Shown here: in pieces, positions 11,618 through 24,210 of the stretch
Layout of the letters: each line of letters begins with the position of its first letter
Position numbering within the stretch: the stretch's first letter is position 1
NCBI GenBank assembly: GCA_010909165.1
Contig: MU008168.1
Coordinates: 1,550,001 to 1,614,000 of the forward strand
Length of the DNA: 64,000 nt
Reading direction: 5' to 3'
Source: Anthoceros angustus
Lineage: Eukaryota; Plantae; Anthocerotophyta
Notes under the pieces: generated by a model
Database searches by the model: none
Seen by the model: only the letters and a program-made list of their open reading frames with translations
What the model was told of the DNA's origin: nothing
Translations under genes and position numbers: made by a program

Positions 11618-13104
11618 ATGGCGGCTCTGGGAGCTGCTGCTGCAGCAGCGCAGCTCTGGGCGGTGCCGTCCTCCATCTCTGATTCCTGTTGCAGCACCAG
11701 CTCTGCCTTCTCCCCCGCCAAGTCGCAATGCCACGCCAAGCCGCTGCTGCTGAAGAGATGTCCTTTGGGAAAATGCGGGTTGAGCTCTCTCACCTCCTGG
11801 CATGGCCATTTGCATCTGGGACCCAAACAAATTCTTTCCCTTTTCAAAGGTTCGGCCTGGGGCTTTGCCTTGCATCATCTTCCTGTTGCTGGAGTGCGGG
11901 GTGGTGGGCTGGACTTCTCAGACAGGGTTTCGTGATTTCTTGTGATCCAACAGTTTGGGAGAGACGGACAAGGGAGGGAAGCAGGGGGGTTGTGGAGGCC
12001 TCGTTGCTCGGGGTTGGTGCTCCAGAGGCACTGGTCATTGCAGTGGTTGCCCTCATTGTTTTTGGCCCCAGAGGCCTTGCAGAGGTAATTGCAATGCTTG
12101 CCTGATCTCCTGCAATCGCTGCCCCGTCGTTCCGACTGTGCTGATTCTCATGTAAATGACAGGTTGCCCGGACTCTGGGCAAGTCTCTTCGGGCTTTCCA
12201 ACCGACCATCAAGGAGCTCCAGGTAGTGCCTCACGCTGGCCTGCTTGTCTGGGATTCGTGTGAATGAAGACTGATGATGTTTCTCATGTCCGTCATGTTC
12301 TGGGCGCGTGCAGCAAGTCTCCAGGGAGTTCAGAAGCACGTTGGAGCAGGAGATTGGCCTGGACGAGCTGCGGGGCATCAACAACCCGTCCCAGTACAGT
12401 AGTCCACCCGCAGCCCCTGCGTCCAAGGCCTCAACCCCACCAGCACCTGCTGCACCGCCTGCCGAGACCATTCCAGAGACCCTGGAGTCTCCTGCTGCCT
12501 CACCAGCAGTCTCCACAGCCGAGGTACCTCTTCCCACACCTGAGGTGGCTTCTGAAGCTGCAGTCGTGAGCAGCCCAACACCTGCGGCGTCCCCAAAACA
12601 ACCAGCAACCCGAAAACCGAGAAAGTCTTCCAAGGGTGCGTCTCTTTCTTCGCCCCCCCCGAACCGAAATACAGCATTTTACAGCACTTCGTCTGAGCTG
12701 ATCATGTCCTCGGTACATCTTGCAGCTGCTGAAGCATCCTCTTACAAGGAGGGTGAAACCCCTGAGTCAGTCGCAGAGGCTGCTCTCAAGCAGGTGGACG
12801 AACAGCTTAGTACCCTCAAGGAAAAAGTCAGAGCTGCGGTCCCAGAGGAGGACAGACTAGGTTAGTACTTGTGTGTCCAGCTTCAGCCTACAAGACTTGG
12901 ATGCCCAAGGAGTGGCAATCACTAAACAGCTTAGTCGTCTGTGAAGCAGCTGCTGAACGGGCGGCCTGGGGTGGAAAGACTCCCAATGACCTCCAGTCCG
13001 AATCGGCCAAGCCAACGGAGGCATCTCTTCCTCAGAGCATCAACCAGGATTCCCAAGTCAAGGCTGAACCCACGAGGCCTGCAGAGGTGGATTTCCAAAT
13101 CTGA
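11618..13104 (+). CDS. HCF106: Chloroplast Tat translocase subunit TatB (HCF106), multi-exon
   Basis: Transit-peptide-like N-terminus, then ASLLGVGAPEALVIAVVALIVFGPRGLAE|VARTLGKSLRAFQPTIKELQ|QVSREFRSTLEQEIGLDEL, followed by a Pro/Ala-rich acidic tail. Confidence 0.93.
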
Positions 13105-13473
13105 TATTGGCTCATGCAGCTAGCAGGCTGAAAAAGCTTGCAACAGAAAGAAATAAGAATTTTGACAGGTTCTTGAGGTGTAATTTTAGGCTCGAAGACT
13201 ATCCGCTGTTGGGGCTTCTCTGTAAACTAACTCGTAGATTTGTGTGGTGTTGTTCCAGTGAAAGCAACTTCTGTTGGGGACATGATTCATCTTGTCTCCA
13301 GCTACATATATTGCAACCCGCATTTGGATTTGTACGCACTGTCTGGCGTCTCTTGCTCTCAAGATCTGAATCTGGCCTCAAATTCCACTCCGCTCTTTAA
13401 GCTTGTGGCAGGAACTGAGCACCCAAAACCGGGACCGGGCAGGAGCGTCCGTCCACCTACCCATAGCTGTCAT

Positions 13474-15066
13474 TCACAGATAAGAATCTGCGGGTTGAAG
13501 CTGCCTTAAGTACTTGCTATCTACCCCGGAACCCCGAATGAGCGCCACCCTACCAGTGCGAGCGACCTCAACGATCCCGAAGGGCTGCAGCAAACGTTGC
13601 AAGGCAGCCATCTTCTCCAGATCTCCTGTGAGCTCAAGGGTGATTGTCGCGGAGGACAAATCAACAGGCTTGGCACGGAAGATGCTGGCGATGTCCAGGA
13701 CATCTCGCCTGACGCTCTCCTCAGCGCAAACCTTGATCAACATCAGTTCCCTTTCTGCAAAAGGCTGCTTGGTGATATCCTGCACCTGCATTCACACCAG
13801 CGCGAGGGTTCAGAAACCTTCCCTTCGCTTCACCCACACTCATCCCAACATAAGCAGAAAGTGAGTCAGCACCCTAACCTGAATCACATCCACGAGCTTC
13901 ACCAACTGGCTCAGCAGCTTGTCGATAGACTCATCGGTCCCAGGCACGACAGTGGTAATCCGTGAGATCCCAGGATTCTCTGCCGGGCCCACGGCCAGAG
14001 ACTGGATGTTGTACCCCCTCCTCGCAAACACGCCCGTCACCCGGTTCAGCACACCAGGCTCGTCCGTCACCAGCATCGAGAGCGTGTGGGAGACGAGCCC
14101 ATCTGGGTCTTCCGCATCCGCATCCCCCCACGACGGATCCAGAACAGGACTCCACCATAGCCGCTCATCTTCACGCTCCACAAAATACACGTCCCCGTCC
14201 TGGCCGTTGGGAGGAGCAGAGTAGGCAACGCCTCCTCGCCCCGCCCGCCTCCGGCTCTCCCTCCGCTCTTCCTCCTCGTCGTCCGACAGGCTCCCCCGCG
14301 GCGGCTCCCGCATCTCCGTGTGCTGCCCACGCCGCTCCCGCCTCAGCGCAATCTTCCCGGTGCGGGCGATCTCTTGGATCCCGAACTTGCCCATCATCCG
14401 CTGCACGGCCTCGATCTTCCCGGGGTCGCCCGTCACCTCGATGGTCAGGGACTCCTCCGCCACATCCACAACGCGCGACCTGAAGCACTCCACCAAACCC
14501 AGCACCTCCATCCGGTTCTCTGCGCTCACCTTCACCTTCACCAGCATAAGCTCGCGCTCCACCTTGGACTCCTTGCTCAAATCCTCCACCTGCCGCACAT
14601 TCACCAGCTTGTACAGCTGCTGCATCACCTGCTGCAGCACCCGGTCCGTGCCGGATACCACGATTGTGAAGAGCGCCTTGTCCTTGTTCAGCGCCACAGC
14701 CAGAGACTCGATGTTGTAGCCCCTCCTTGCAAACACTCCAGCGATCCGGTTGATCATGCCGCTCTCGTCGCCTACAAACACCGACACTGTGTGGCGCCGG
14801 ATGCCTGACGGCGCCCTGGCAGGAGCCTTGCTGGGAATGGCAGTTCCCTGCTCACTCACTGCAGCTGCTGTTGCACATCGGGCTCCTTTCCCTTCCAGCC
14901 ACGCTGCCTTCCGACTCTTCCAGGCTCCTCCGAGGCAATGTCGTCCCTTGAGCCCAGTTCCAGCACCGAGCTGCTCAGCCATGGCAAGACCCCGGCATTC
15001 CCCATGTCCTCGATTCTCTCCTCCCACTGCACCAGCCAGGGAAAACCTGGCTGCCAGTCCAGCCAT
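13474..15066 (-). CDS. AHASS: Acetohydroxyacid synthase (ALS) regulatory small subunit, chloroplastic, two ACT units; one intron 13786-13878
   Basis: Two ilvH-like repeats ([33 protein letters not shown]; [33 protein letters not shown]), with ERELML and EIARTG/EVARTG motifs. Confidence 0.96.
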
Positions 15067-15739
15067 CAGCAGCCTCTCACAATGTCACGCCTCCTTCATC
15101 GAAATCTTCGCACACCTCTGTACACAGAGAAGAAAGCACAGATCTTCGAAGAACCGTAGCATGCAAGACAATGGCAGGGTTCAGCAGTTCAGCAGGGGGT
15201 TTAGGGCTGCGGTATGAAACGGATATGAGAGTGTTATGAAACTCCATCAGTGAGGCAGTGAAGCGGGTATGAAGCGGGTAAAGCCGTTCTCGCATGAAGG
15301 TGCGGTTTGCCGCTTTCCTGCGCTTGGGCGCACTCCCTGTCTTGCATCAGATGCCAAAGAGGCAAATCAATAGTGCAACGATGAGCTGGTTCTCCGTGCG
15401 CCTTACTTCCACATGTTGCATGCAACTGCAACACTCCGGTTCCATCGGCTTCGCCTCCAAGTCGGTGCAAAGGACACTCTTCGTCGCCTCCTGCTCCTGG
15501 CGGAATTCGGACCCGTCTCCTCATGATCTGCATGTAGCAGATCTCGTTTCTCGGAGGAGAATATTCGGGTTTGCAGAAAAACAGCCTGACTCTTTTCGAG
15601 GAGTCTTGCAACGCTTGCGGTGAGGGAAGATTGCACTACCGTGAGCCGTGGTGGCTTATTCTGTTTCTCTGTGTAATTTGATCTCGAGCTTTGAAGTTGA
15701 GAATCAAAGGAGTGTCGTCTAATACAAGATAGCCTGGCC

Positions 15740-16911
15740 ATGGCTCCGGGAGATGGTTCCAGCAAGGTTGGTGCTGAAGTTGAAGGATTCCAAGATGGCA
15801 ATCCCGCTCGTGACACGGTTAGCGAGGAAAGCAAAGGATTTGAGAGGACTGCTCAACCCGAACTCTCAGACGATCAGCCGAAGGGAGGGAGTGGGAAGAG
15901 ATTTGCGGTGCTTATGACCGGACACGCTCCCGAAGGTTCGATCAAGAAGTATGGCGGATACGGGGAGATGTTTGTGAGTCTGCTCAGTGATCCGGGAGAG
16001 ACGTGGGACATCTTTCCGATTATTGAAGGAAAATTCCCTGCGGATGAGGAGCTGGACTTGTACGATGGATTTATACTCACAGGAAGTCGGCACGATGCTC
16101 ACGGATCTGAGCCTTGGATTGAAAAGCTCTGTACAATTCTTCAGCGGGTGAACGAGAAGAGGAAGAAAATTCTTGGAGTGTGCTTCGGGCACCAGGTTTT
16201 ATTGATTCTCCTTTCTCAGAACTATGTCGCTTGTAAGCTGTGTTGCTGGTCTTAAGCTTTGATTCATGATAACTCAACTTCACATGCAGGTTCTGAGTAG
16301 AGCACTCGGGGGATCTACTGGCCGGAATCCAGAGGGTTGGGATGTTGGTTTGAAGAAATTAACCGTGAGTGATGCTCTGTTGGCCAAGCCTTATGGAACG
16401 GGGCTTCCTCCCGTTCTCAGAATTCTCGAGATGCATCAAGACACGGTAAACGTTGTGACACAGGACTACGCTCGTGTGTAAACTTCTCGGGTCACAGAGT
16501 GGTCTAACATGCTCGACAGGTGTCCAAGGTTCCACCCGGAGGTGAGGTGCTCGCGTGGTCTGAAAAGACTCGTATAGAGATGTTTTCCATTGGTGATCAC
16601 GCATTTGGCATTCAAGGGCATCCTGAGTTCACTAGAGACGTGGAGGAAGAGATTCTTGATGGCCGACTTGCCGCGGGGGCCCTGACGGTTGGTGCACAAT
16701 AGATTTGATGTCTTTTTCATGTCATCTCCTGACAGTAGCGAGTTTGTCTGGTCGTCTAGATATACTCACTGACCAGTTCAAGCGTGTTGGAAAGCAGGAA
16801 GAACAGGTGACAGAGGCCAAGAGGTCCATGGAGGAGGCGCAGGCCGATTCAGAACTGTTGCGACAGCTGTGCAAAAGATTTTTGAAGCCCCCAGTTTCGC
16901 AAGCCAAGTGA
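15740..16911 (+). CDS. Class I glutamine amidotransferase-like / gamma-glutamyl peptidase (GGP family), 4 exons
   Basis: YDGFILTGSRHDAHG, ILGVCFGHQ (catalytic Cys), EMHQD and GIQGHPEF (His-x-Glu). Confidence 0.92.
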
Positions 16912-17073
16912 CTGCTTGTGAGGGACCTGTTGTCAACATGCTGGGGTGGTCTCTCTCATACTGTTCCGCCTTCCATTCCAAGTGGAAGCAAATGTCGAAA
17001 CTGCCGTGGCTTGTACTGAAACTACTTGGCAAGGTACATGTATTTGGACTTGTACCGATTCTTATACTGATGG

Positions 17074-20000
17074 TCAGGAAAGGTGGTGATCTACTTGCAG
17101 ATCTTGCAGTAGAGCGTACACCTCTTTGCTTCCATGTTTGCATTCCCCGACTCTAAATTTTTGCACTTCTCCCTCATGTTCAATCCAGCTCTGACCAGTC
17201 TGCTTCCAAGCACCTGCCCTCCTTCTAACCTCATCTATCTGAGCAGCAAAGTCAAACATGCCAGCCTGAGCGTAGATGTTGGACATCAGCACGTAAGCAG
17301 AACTACATTTAGGCTCCAACGCCACAGCAGAGTCGAAGCTACGTCTGCCTAGCTCAATGTCGCCGTGCTTTCGGCAGGCTCCAAGCAAAGACAACCACAG
17401 AGACAGACTAGGCTGAATCGGCATTTTCAAGAGCATCTTTTCTGCTCTGGCCAGTAGTCCTGCGCGGCCGAAGAGGTCGACCATACTGACAAAGTGCCCA
17501 ATCGCTGGAGCAACGCCATGATCCTTGCTCATGCTTGCGAAGTACCTCACTCCTTCATCCACCAAGCCGGCGTGACTGCATGCTGACAGAAGTGACAAGA
17601 ATGTGACTCCGTTCGGTTTCAGACCTTTCTCTTGCATGTCTTGGAAACACTGGATGCTTGATGCAACCTCTGCGTGACGAGCGTAACCCGCGATAAGCGC
17701 ATTCCAAGACACCACAGAAGGGCAGGCCAGGGAGTCAAAGACGGCCCGAGCTTCCACCATGCTCCCGCACTTGCCATACGCGTGGATGAGAGAGTTTGCC
17801 ACACACAGGCTTTGCTCTAACCCTAATCCAAACCCGCTTTGGAGAATTTCACGGTGGACATGGATGCAGGCATCAAGGGCCCCTGCCTTGCCGCAGGCCT
17901 TGAGCACGGACAGAAACGTGGCTCCATCTGGATGCACGCCTTCCACTCGCATCTGGGAGTAGAGATGCAATGCCTTTGCGCTTTGGTCCTTCTCAGCGTA
18001 TCCTCCGATCATGGCACTCCATGATACCACATTGCGATTGGACAACAGAGCAAAGACTTCCTCCGCATCCACCATGCTCCCACACTTTGCATACATGATG
18101 ACCAGCGCATTGCCCACAAAGACATCTGATTCATAGCCCCTGGAAGCAGAAATCGCATGTAGAACCTTACCCTTCTCAAGAGACTTGGCTTTAAAGGAGT
18201 CACCGTTTTCTACAGTGCGTTCCTCCATGTCTGCAAGGCTCGCGCATGCTCTGAACAAGCTCACAAACGTCCAGCCATTTGGACTTACACCCTCCTGTTG
18301 CATTTGGGCATAGAGTTGCAGTACCTTCAATCCGTCTTCCAGCTGAGCATAGCCTGCAAGAATTGCATTCCAGGCCACCACATCCCGCTCGGGTAGAGTG
18401 TCAAACAGGTGTTGTGCATCCCTAATACTACCACACTTCGCATACATGCTAAGCAGGGTACTACACACGGACAAGTGTGATCCATAACCTGCACGATTTG
18501 CTTCAGCATGTACAGCTTTCCCTTTCTCAAGTATCGTCCCTCTGATGGACTGCCCAGCATCTCTTTCTGCCAGGATGCTAAAAGCTTTAAGCACGCTGAC
18601 AAACGTGGCATCGGTCGGTGTTACTCCTTCCTTTTGCATCTGATCATAGAGTCCCAAAGCCTTGTCTCCTTGTTCCTGCTGGACATACCCTGCAAGCATT
18701 GCATTGCATACCACTACATTGTGTTGAGACAATCTGTCAAAGATGAGTTGTGCATGTGAGACGCTCCCGCACTTTGCATACATACTCACGAGGGCACTCC
18801 CGACAAAGGGATCTGATTCGAAACCCCTCAGAACAACTTGGGTATGGATTGCCTTCCCCCTTTCCAGAGACTTCACTTTTAAGAACTCGCCATGCACACC
18901 AGTGCTCCGCTCTGAAGTTGAGACATTGCCACATGCTTTCAGGACACTGACAAACGTCCTATCATCGGGGATAACCTTTTCCCTTTGCATTTTGCTGTAC
19001 AGGTCCAGAGCCTTTCCTCCCTGATCATGTTGTACAAACCCTGCAAGCATTGCATTCCATAGCACTACATTGTGTGTGGGCAACCTGAGAAACACTGTTT
19101 CTGCTTCTTCAAGGCTCCCACACTTTGCATACATACTTACAAGGGTGGAACCAACAAACACATCCAAGTCGTAACCGCCTCGAGTAGCATCAGCATGTAT
19201 TGCCCTACCCTTTTGCAAACACTTTGCTCTGAACGATTGCTCTTCCTGACCAACAGTTGGTGCCAATTCCGCGAGGCTAGCACAAGCCTTGAGCACACTA
19301 ACAAAGGTCCGATCATCTGCACACACTCTCTCCTTCTGCATCCGGGAGTAAAGTTCCAAAGCCATCTCCATGTGCTCCTGCTGGGCGCATCCTGCAAGCA
19401 TCGCATTCCAGGACACCACATCCCGCTCAGGAAGAGTGTCAAAGACATGATGGGCATCCACCATGCTTCCACATCTGGCATACATGTCAACAAGAGCTGT
19501 GCCCACATACAAATCCGTGTCACACCTGTGTTTCACTGCCTCCGCATGTACCCGCTTTCCCTCTTCCAGGTCACCCAAGCTGCTGCAAGCTCTGAGCAAG
19601 CTCACAAGAGTGTGCCTGTCTGGCTCCACACCCTGCTCTTGCATTTCCTGATACATGTTCAAAGCTCTCCGACCTTCACCAGCTCTACTGCATCCTCCAA
19701 TGACAGCTCCCCAAGAACGAATGGTGGGTTGCACCAACTTCCGGAACAATTGCAACCCATCTTGGAAACTCCCACACTTGACCAGCGTGCTGACAGCAAA
19801 CTCACCCAGCACCTGGTCTGACTCCAACCCATTGTTAGCCAGATGAGCAAGCACGTACTTCGCCTCAACAAGAGCCTTCTGCGCTGAGCAGGCCTGCAAC
19901 AGAGACCTGTAAGTTCGGACTGAGGGCACAATGCCCTGCTGGTCCATACGGGACAGCCCATGCAGTGCCTTCTCCAACCACTCCGCATTTTTCAGCCCCC

Positions 20001-20420
20001 TACCACTGTCAGGCTTGTTCTGTTTCCTGCAAAAGCATTACCGTCCACAAACCGGACTTTCAGTAGTTGTCTTCACGCTTCTGATACGGAAAACAGGAAA
20101 TGCAAAAACCCTACTCCTGATAGCTTTACTTGTGAGAAGTGAACTACCTACCGAACAGATGCCCTGCTATTACAGCCTGTGCCTTGAACTCCGTTGTGAT
20201 ATGCAGCACCTCCATGCTGCCACAGTCGGGGCAAGCCATCCGTCGAAAGGCCGATGGCTTGCCCTGACTGTGGCAGGAACAAACAACAAGTTTGCACCTT
20301 GCACAAGCTGGTGTCCACTAAACTTGTTGCCCGACGGGCTGGCTTTCTTCCAAGGGGAGACTGGACATCGACGGTGGCCTGTGTCATGCAATATAGAGAA
20401 ACTGTAGCACTCCGGATCAT
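17074..20420 (-). CDS. PLS-class PPR protein with E/E+ domain, no DYW (organellar RNA editing factor); probable intron 20027-20151
   Basis: 967-aa ORF of P-L-S triplets (LVSMYAKCGS..A..VF, DVVSWNAM), an E domain, a PG-box-like WKQTGQSWIE, then a stop. An upstream exon from ATG 20420 joins in frame via CG|gtag..cag|G. Confidence 0.93.
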
Positions 20421-20819
20421 CTGAAGAACTTACCAGAATTGGTCCCCTGCTCGCTGCAGGGCATGGCTATACAACTTTCGATGTTGCCAACTTACAGCAG
20501 TCGGCATATTTGCATCACCTCACGATGGCAAGACAGTTTTAAAATTCAGTGCTGACTAGCCAATTTAAGGCCAAGGTCCAAGCCACAACAGCAGCGCCTA
20601 CTGTGGCCAGCAACCGTCTGGATTGCACTGGAGCTGGGAACGCGTTTTTGCGGTTTGGTGAAGGTTGCCGCTCAGGATTCTGTGTCTGAGCCAGTGTAAT
20701 GAACGCGATCCCAATTCAATTCATCACCCAACTCGTCCAGGGTTTGCCTTCGCCAGTTGGAATAAAGAGCTGCGATCCGCCAAGCACCCGACTCTCTGGT
20801 CCCCAGGTGCTCTTCAAGT

Positions 20820-21180
20820 TCGCAGTCCCTTACAACTCTTTGTCGTGTATTCTGAAGGTTGATGACCTTGGCCTTGTTGAGTAGAGATTGACTCCGGACC
20901 ATCTGCTCCATATGTCCATGCTGAACAAGCGCTCCTCGGCCGAGCCCTTGTTGTGCAAACGCAGCAATCAAGGACGTGCATGTCGCGCATCCATTGTGGC
21001 CAAGCCGTCAAAATTCCTGAACGCATCGCTCATGACGCTACATTTTGCATACATGTCCACCAGGCAGGTACCAGCAAATACGATAGGAGGAATGCCACTG
21101 CGCAGCGTGTCAAAGTGCACTTTTCTGTAAGGTTCCAAGTCCGCAGCAAGAGCAAAAGCTTGGAGGGCAGCTTCAAAGAA
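20820..21180 (-). pseudogene. Frameshifted PLS-PPR fragment
   Basis: FQAFALAADLEPYRKVHFDTLRSGIPPIVFAGTCLVDMYAKCSVMSDAFRNFDGL, then a frameshift into LIAAFAQQGLGRGAL, with stops nearby. Confidence 0.75.
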
Positions 21181-21929
21181 AATGAACTTAGTTCACTGCT
21201 TGCAGCCGTTACGACGCCCATCTCCGGTCCTACACCACTGCCAGCCTCAGGCTTATCAAGTGAGCTCCACTTGGAAGGAGAGGCTCCATGACCCATCTGC
21301 AAATTGATTAAAAGTTTGAGGTTTGAAGTATTGCATGGCGAATCTCATCATACTGGGGCAAAGCAATATTGAACCCGAGGCCCAGGATAGAGATCTAATT
21401 TTAACGCTGAGACCACCAACAACAGCAACTTTAAAAAAGTCTGTTCACAATGCCAACAATACAAGGTCAATAACCACCACATCTACCACCCAAACTTGGT
21501 TACCGTGGATATAGTATCAAAAAATAGATAAAAAATAGAGTACATATATATGTAATAATATAATAAAAGAGATATAAAAGTGGTATAAATATAAAAGAGA
21601 TAATATAATAGAAGATAGTATAAAAGAGGTATAAATATAATACCTATACAATAATATTATGCCGAAGAGATAAAATTGAAGTACACATATGTATGTTTAA
21701 ATTAGAGAGACAATAATCATTTGAAATAAGAGACAAAAGAGACAAAAGTTATATAAAAGATGAAAAAGAGGCCAAAGCTATAAGGAGTCCAACAAGGCCT
21801 GCCAATGACTAAGAAGCTCAAACAAATATAGGCTAAAGAGCTTAGGCATGTGGAAAGAGAAAAATCTGTGCAAGGAAAAACCAGCACACTACAAAAAAAA
21901 TGTATCAAACCCAAACGTCAACATAAGCG

Positions 21930-22540
21930 AGACTATAGAATGGAAATGTATTTCACATTCAGGGTATGGGGAGAAGAGCTTTTAAATACGCTTTTCATGA
22001 GGAGGCACATGTTGAAACCAATAGTTGGACTCCATCCGGTGATGGAAACCAACACGGAAGTGACCAATGAGTGTGCAGAGTTTGAAAGAGAGCGGAGAAC
22101 TAGAAGGAGGATTGACATGAAACTCCACCTTGTAAACACAAAGTCTGAGCTTGAGAGAAGGGGCAGATGAAATAGTGGGCGGAGGGGCACATGAAATAGG
22201 GGGCAAGTGAGATGAAGACATCTCAATTTGAAATACTTGCAAATGAGAGAGGGGAATCTAGGAGTAAGGAGGTGGCCAAGTCAGGGATCCAAAAGGTTCA
22301 AGCTCGAGCCTTTCAAGCTAATCAGTAGCTTGGGAGATCCAACAAAAAGAGGCCTTGGAGTCAGTATTAAGCCTAAGCGATTGGGAAGACTTGTAGGCAA
22401 GGAGGTGGTAAGGGGGCGGGTTGAGGTTGGCAATATCAAGGAGGTGAAAACGGTATCGGAAAGAGGACAAGTGAAAAAAGCCTTCAAGTTGAAGGAAATG
22501 CCGCAAATTGAGAAAAGAAGACGAATTTTTTTACATCATT
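21930..22540 (-). mobile_element. Decayed LINE 3' fragment (C-terminal Cys/His region)
   Basis: FRVGFHHRMESNYWFQHVPPHEKRI*KLFSPYPECEIHF resembles the FR.G.H.L..E.GRW...P..ERIC..C...E.E.HF end of RTE/L2-like ORF2. An AT-rich tract lies downstream. Confidence 0.5.
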
Positions 22541-22574
22541 TTTCTGATATAAACATAATTTATAAGAACATATA

Positions 22575-23260
22575 CGTGCGGCGGAAAAGGCTAGCCTGCC
22601 CCCGGCAGGCCAACCCGTGTCAAGGATGCGTGGCCTTGAGAGGCCGCAAGCTGGCATGCACCCCGCACAGATACTATCCCTTGACCTCCCGGAGTGGACT
22701 CGGAGTCTAAGGATAATGAGGGTACCAGTAAGAAGCCTTGCATGAGAAGCATGCAGCCCTGGATCTAGTTAGTAAGTTGTAAGTAGTGGTGGTAAGACTT
22801 AGCTTAGGGCTTAAGGAAGAAAGTTTGCTTTAGGCAGTTACTTTTAGAAATGTTGTAAGCCTCCCTATATAAGGAGATGAGGCTAGCTCTAGAGAAGCAT
22901 CTTGTGATCGTAGCATGGGGAGCTACACTCTTGAGGATAGGACTTAAGTGCCTAGAGGCCTTGGGAGCCTAGAGTGTGAGCATGTCTAGAAGGATCGTAG
23001 CACTTGGGAGCTACACTCTTATGAGGATAGGACTTTGGTGCCTAGTTGCCTTGGGAGCCTAGAGTGTGAGCGTGCTAGAGGAGAGCTGTTGAGGAGGAAA
23101 TTGAGGGGAGAGAGCTAAGCTCCTAGCTTAGGCAAAGATGGGGAGCTCTCTCTGATCTCTCATGCATTCTTGTTGACTCTTGCTGAAATAAACAGCAGCG
23201 GTAGACGTGCTGACTGCGAGTCGTCCCATGGAAAGACGGCGGGCTACTTGGAGGCCTAGT
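22575..23260 (+). mobile_element. LTR-like segment (possible solo LTR); boundaries uncertain
   Basis: CCTATATAAGG TATA box (~22865), an internal ~85-bp direct repeat (~22906-22985 / 22994-23075), AATAAA (~23187) and no ORF. Confidence 0.45.
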
Positions 23261-23644
23261 GCTGGTGTCCGGTGATGTTTTTGTCGCTAATCATGGATCG
23301 CCCCACCGAAAGGGTGTTAGCATCGATCCTTTTGCGTAAACAAAGAACTCGGTCGAGACGGCTTTTAGGGTTTTGTTGTAGGATTTTGCAACCTGTAACA
23401 ATGCTGGGATGAGGGTTGCTTTGTGCCCTATTTTTGCAAGACGGCTGTTGTGATGTTTTTTGAAATCGCCGATTTGAAAATAATTGAATGAAAAAACTCG
23501 TACAGTAAGTGTTGAAAAAACAGCGAAGTTTATGGAAAGGGGCTTTGTACACGATCCTGAAGGGGGTTTGTAGACAAGCCCGCATCCCAATCAACGCTAT
23601 TAATATCCTTTATGTGGGTTCGCTGAGCATATGGAGCGCTTTTC

Positions 23645-24040
23645 TTTTTTGTGAGTTCATTGAGCACGCTAAACTCGCTTTGTGTGAGTTCACTGAGCAC
23701 ACTAAACTTGCTTATAGCCTGTGTGATAAGCTCAGTGAGCACACTAAACTCGCTTACAGTCTTTTTGATGAGTTCGCTCATAGCCTTTGTGATGAGTTCA
23801 TTCAGCAACTATCTTCTCTCGTAGCCTTTGTGAGAGTGGATTGAGCACCCCACAGCCTTTGTGATAGTTTGCTTTGCTTATCGCCTCTGTGACGAGTACA
23901 TTGAACACGCTAATCTCTCGCTTTTTGAGTTCGTTGAGCACCTTTTTGCCTTTGTGACGAGTACATTGAACACGCTAATCTCTCGCTTTTTGAGTTCGTT
24001 GAGCACCTTATTGCCTTTGTGACGAGCTCATTGAGCACGC
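23645..24040. repeat. Imperfect array of ~12 units with core TTTGTGAYGAGTTCATTGAGCAC
   Basis: Units of 24-42 bp read directly, including a near-exact 65-bp higher-order duplication (~23887-24015). Confidence 0.85.
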
Positions 24041-24210
24041 AATGGTATTGCTCAGCAAAAACTTGCAAGATGATATGTAAAGGTATCAGGGCTTTATAGG
24101 CATTTTCCTTTTGATGTATGAGGCCTTCCTATGAAGGCTTTCATTACTGTCCCCACGTATCTAAACAGCGAGCGGATCTTGAAGCTGCCCATCAGGACCT
24201 CGACCATCGC

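Noticed and set aside
19072-19821. 249-aa plus-strand ORF and other long antisense ORFs (e.g. 42247-43170, 13962-14808, 26625-27212)
   Set aside because: Shadows of real GC-rich genes on the opposite strand, with no independent motifs.
23645-24040. CRISPR-like repeat/spacer appearance
   Set aside because: Eukaryotic context, degenerate repeats, short related spacers of uneven length and no cas genes.
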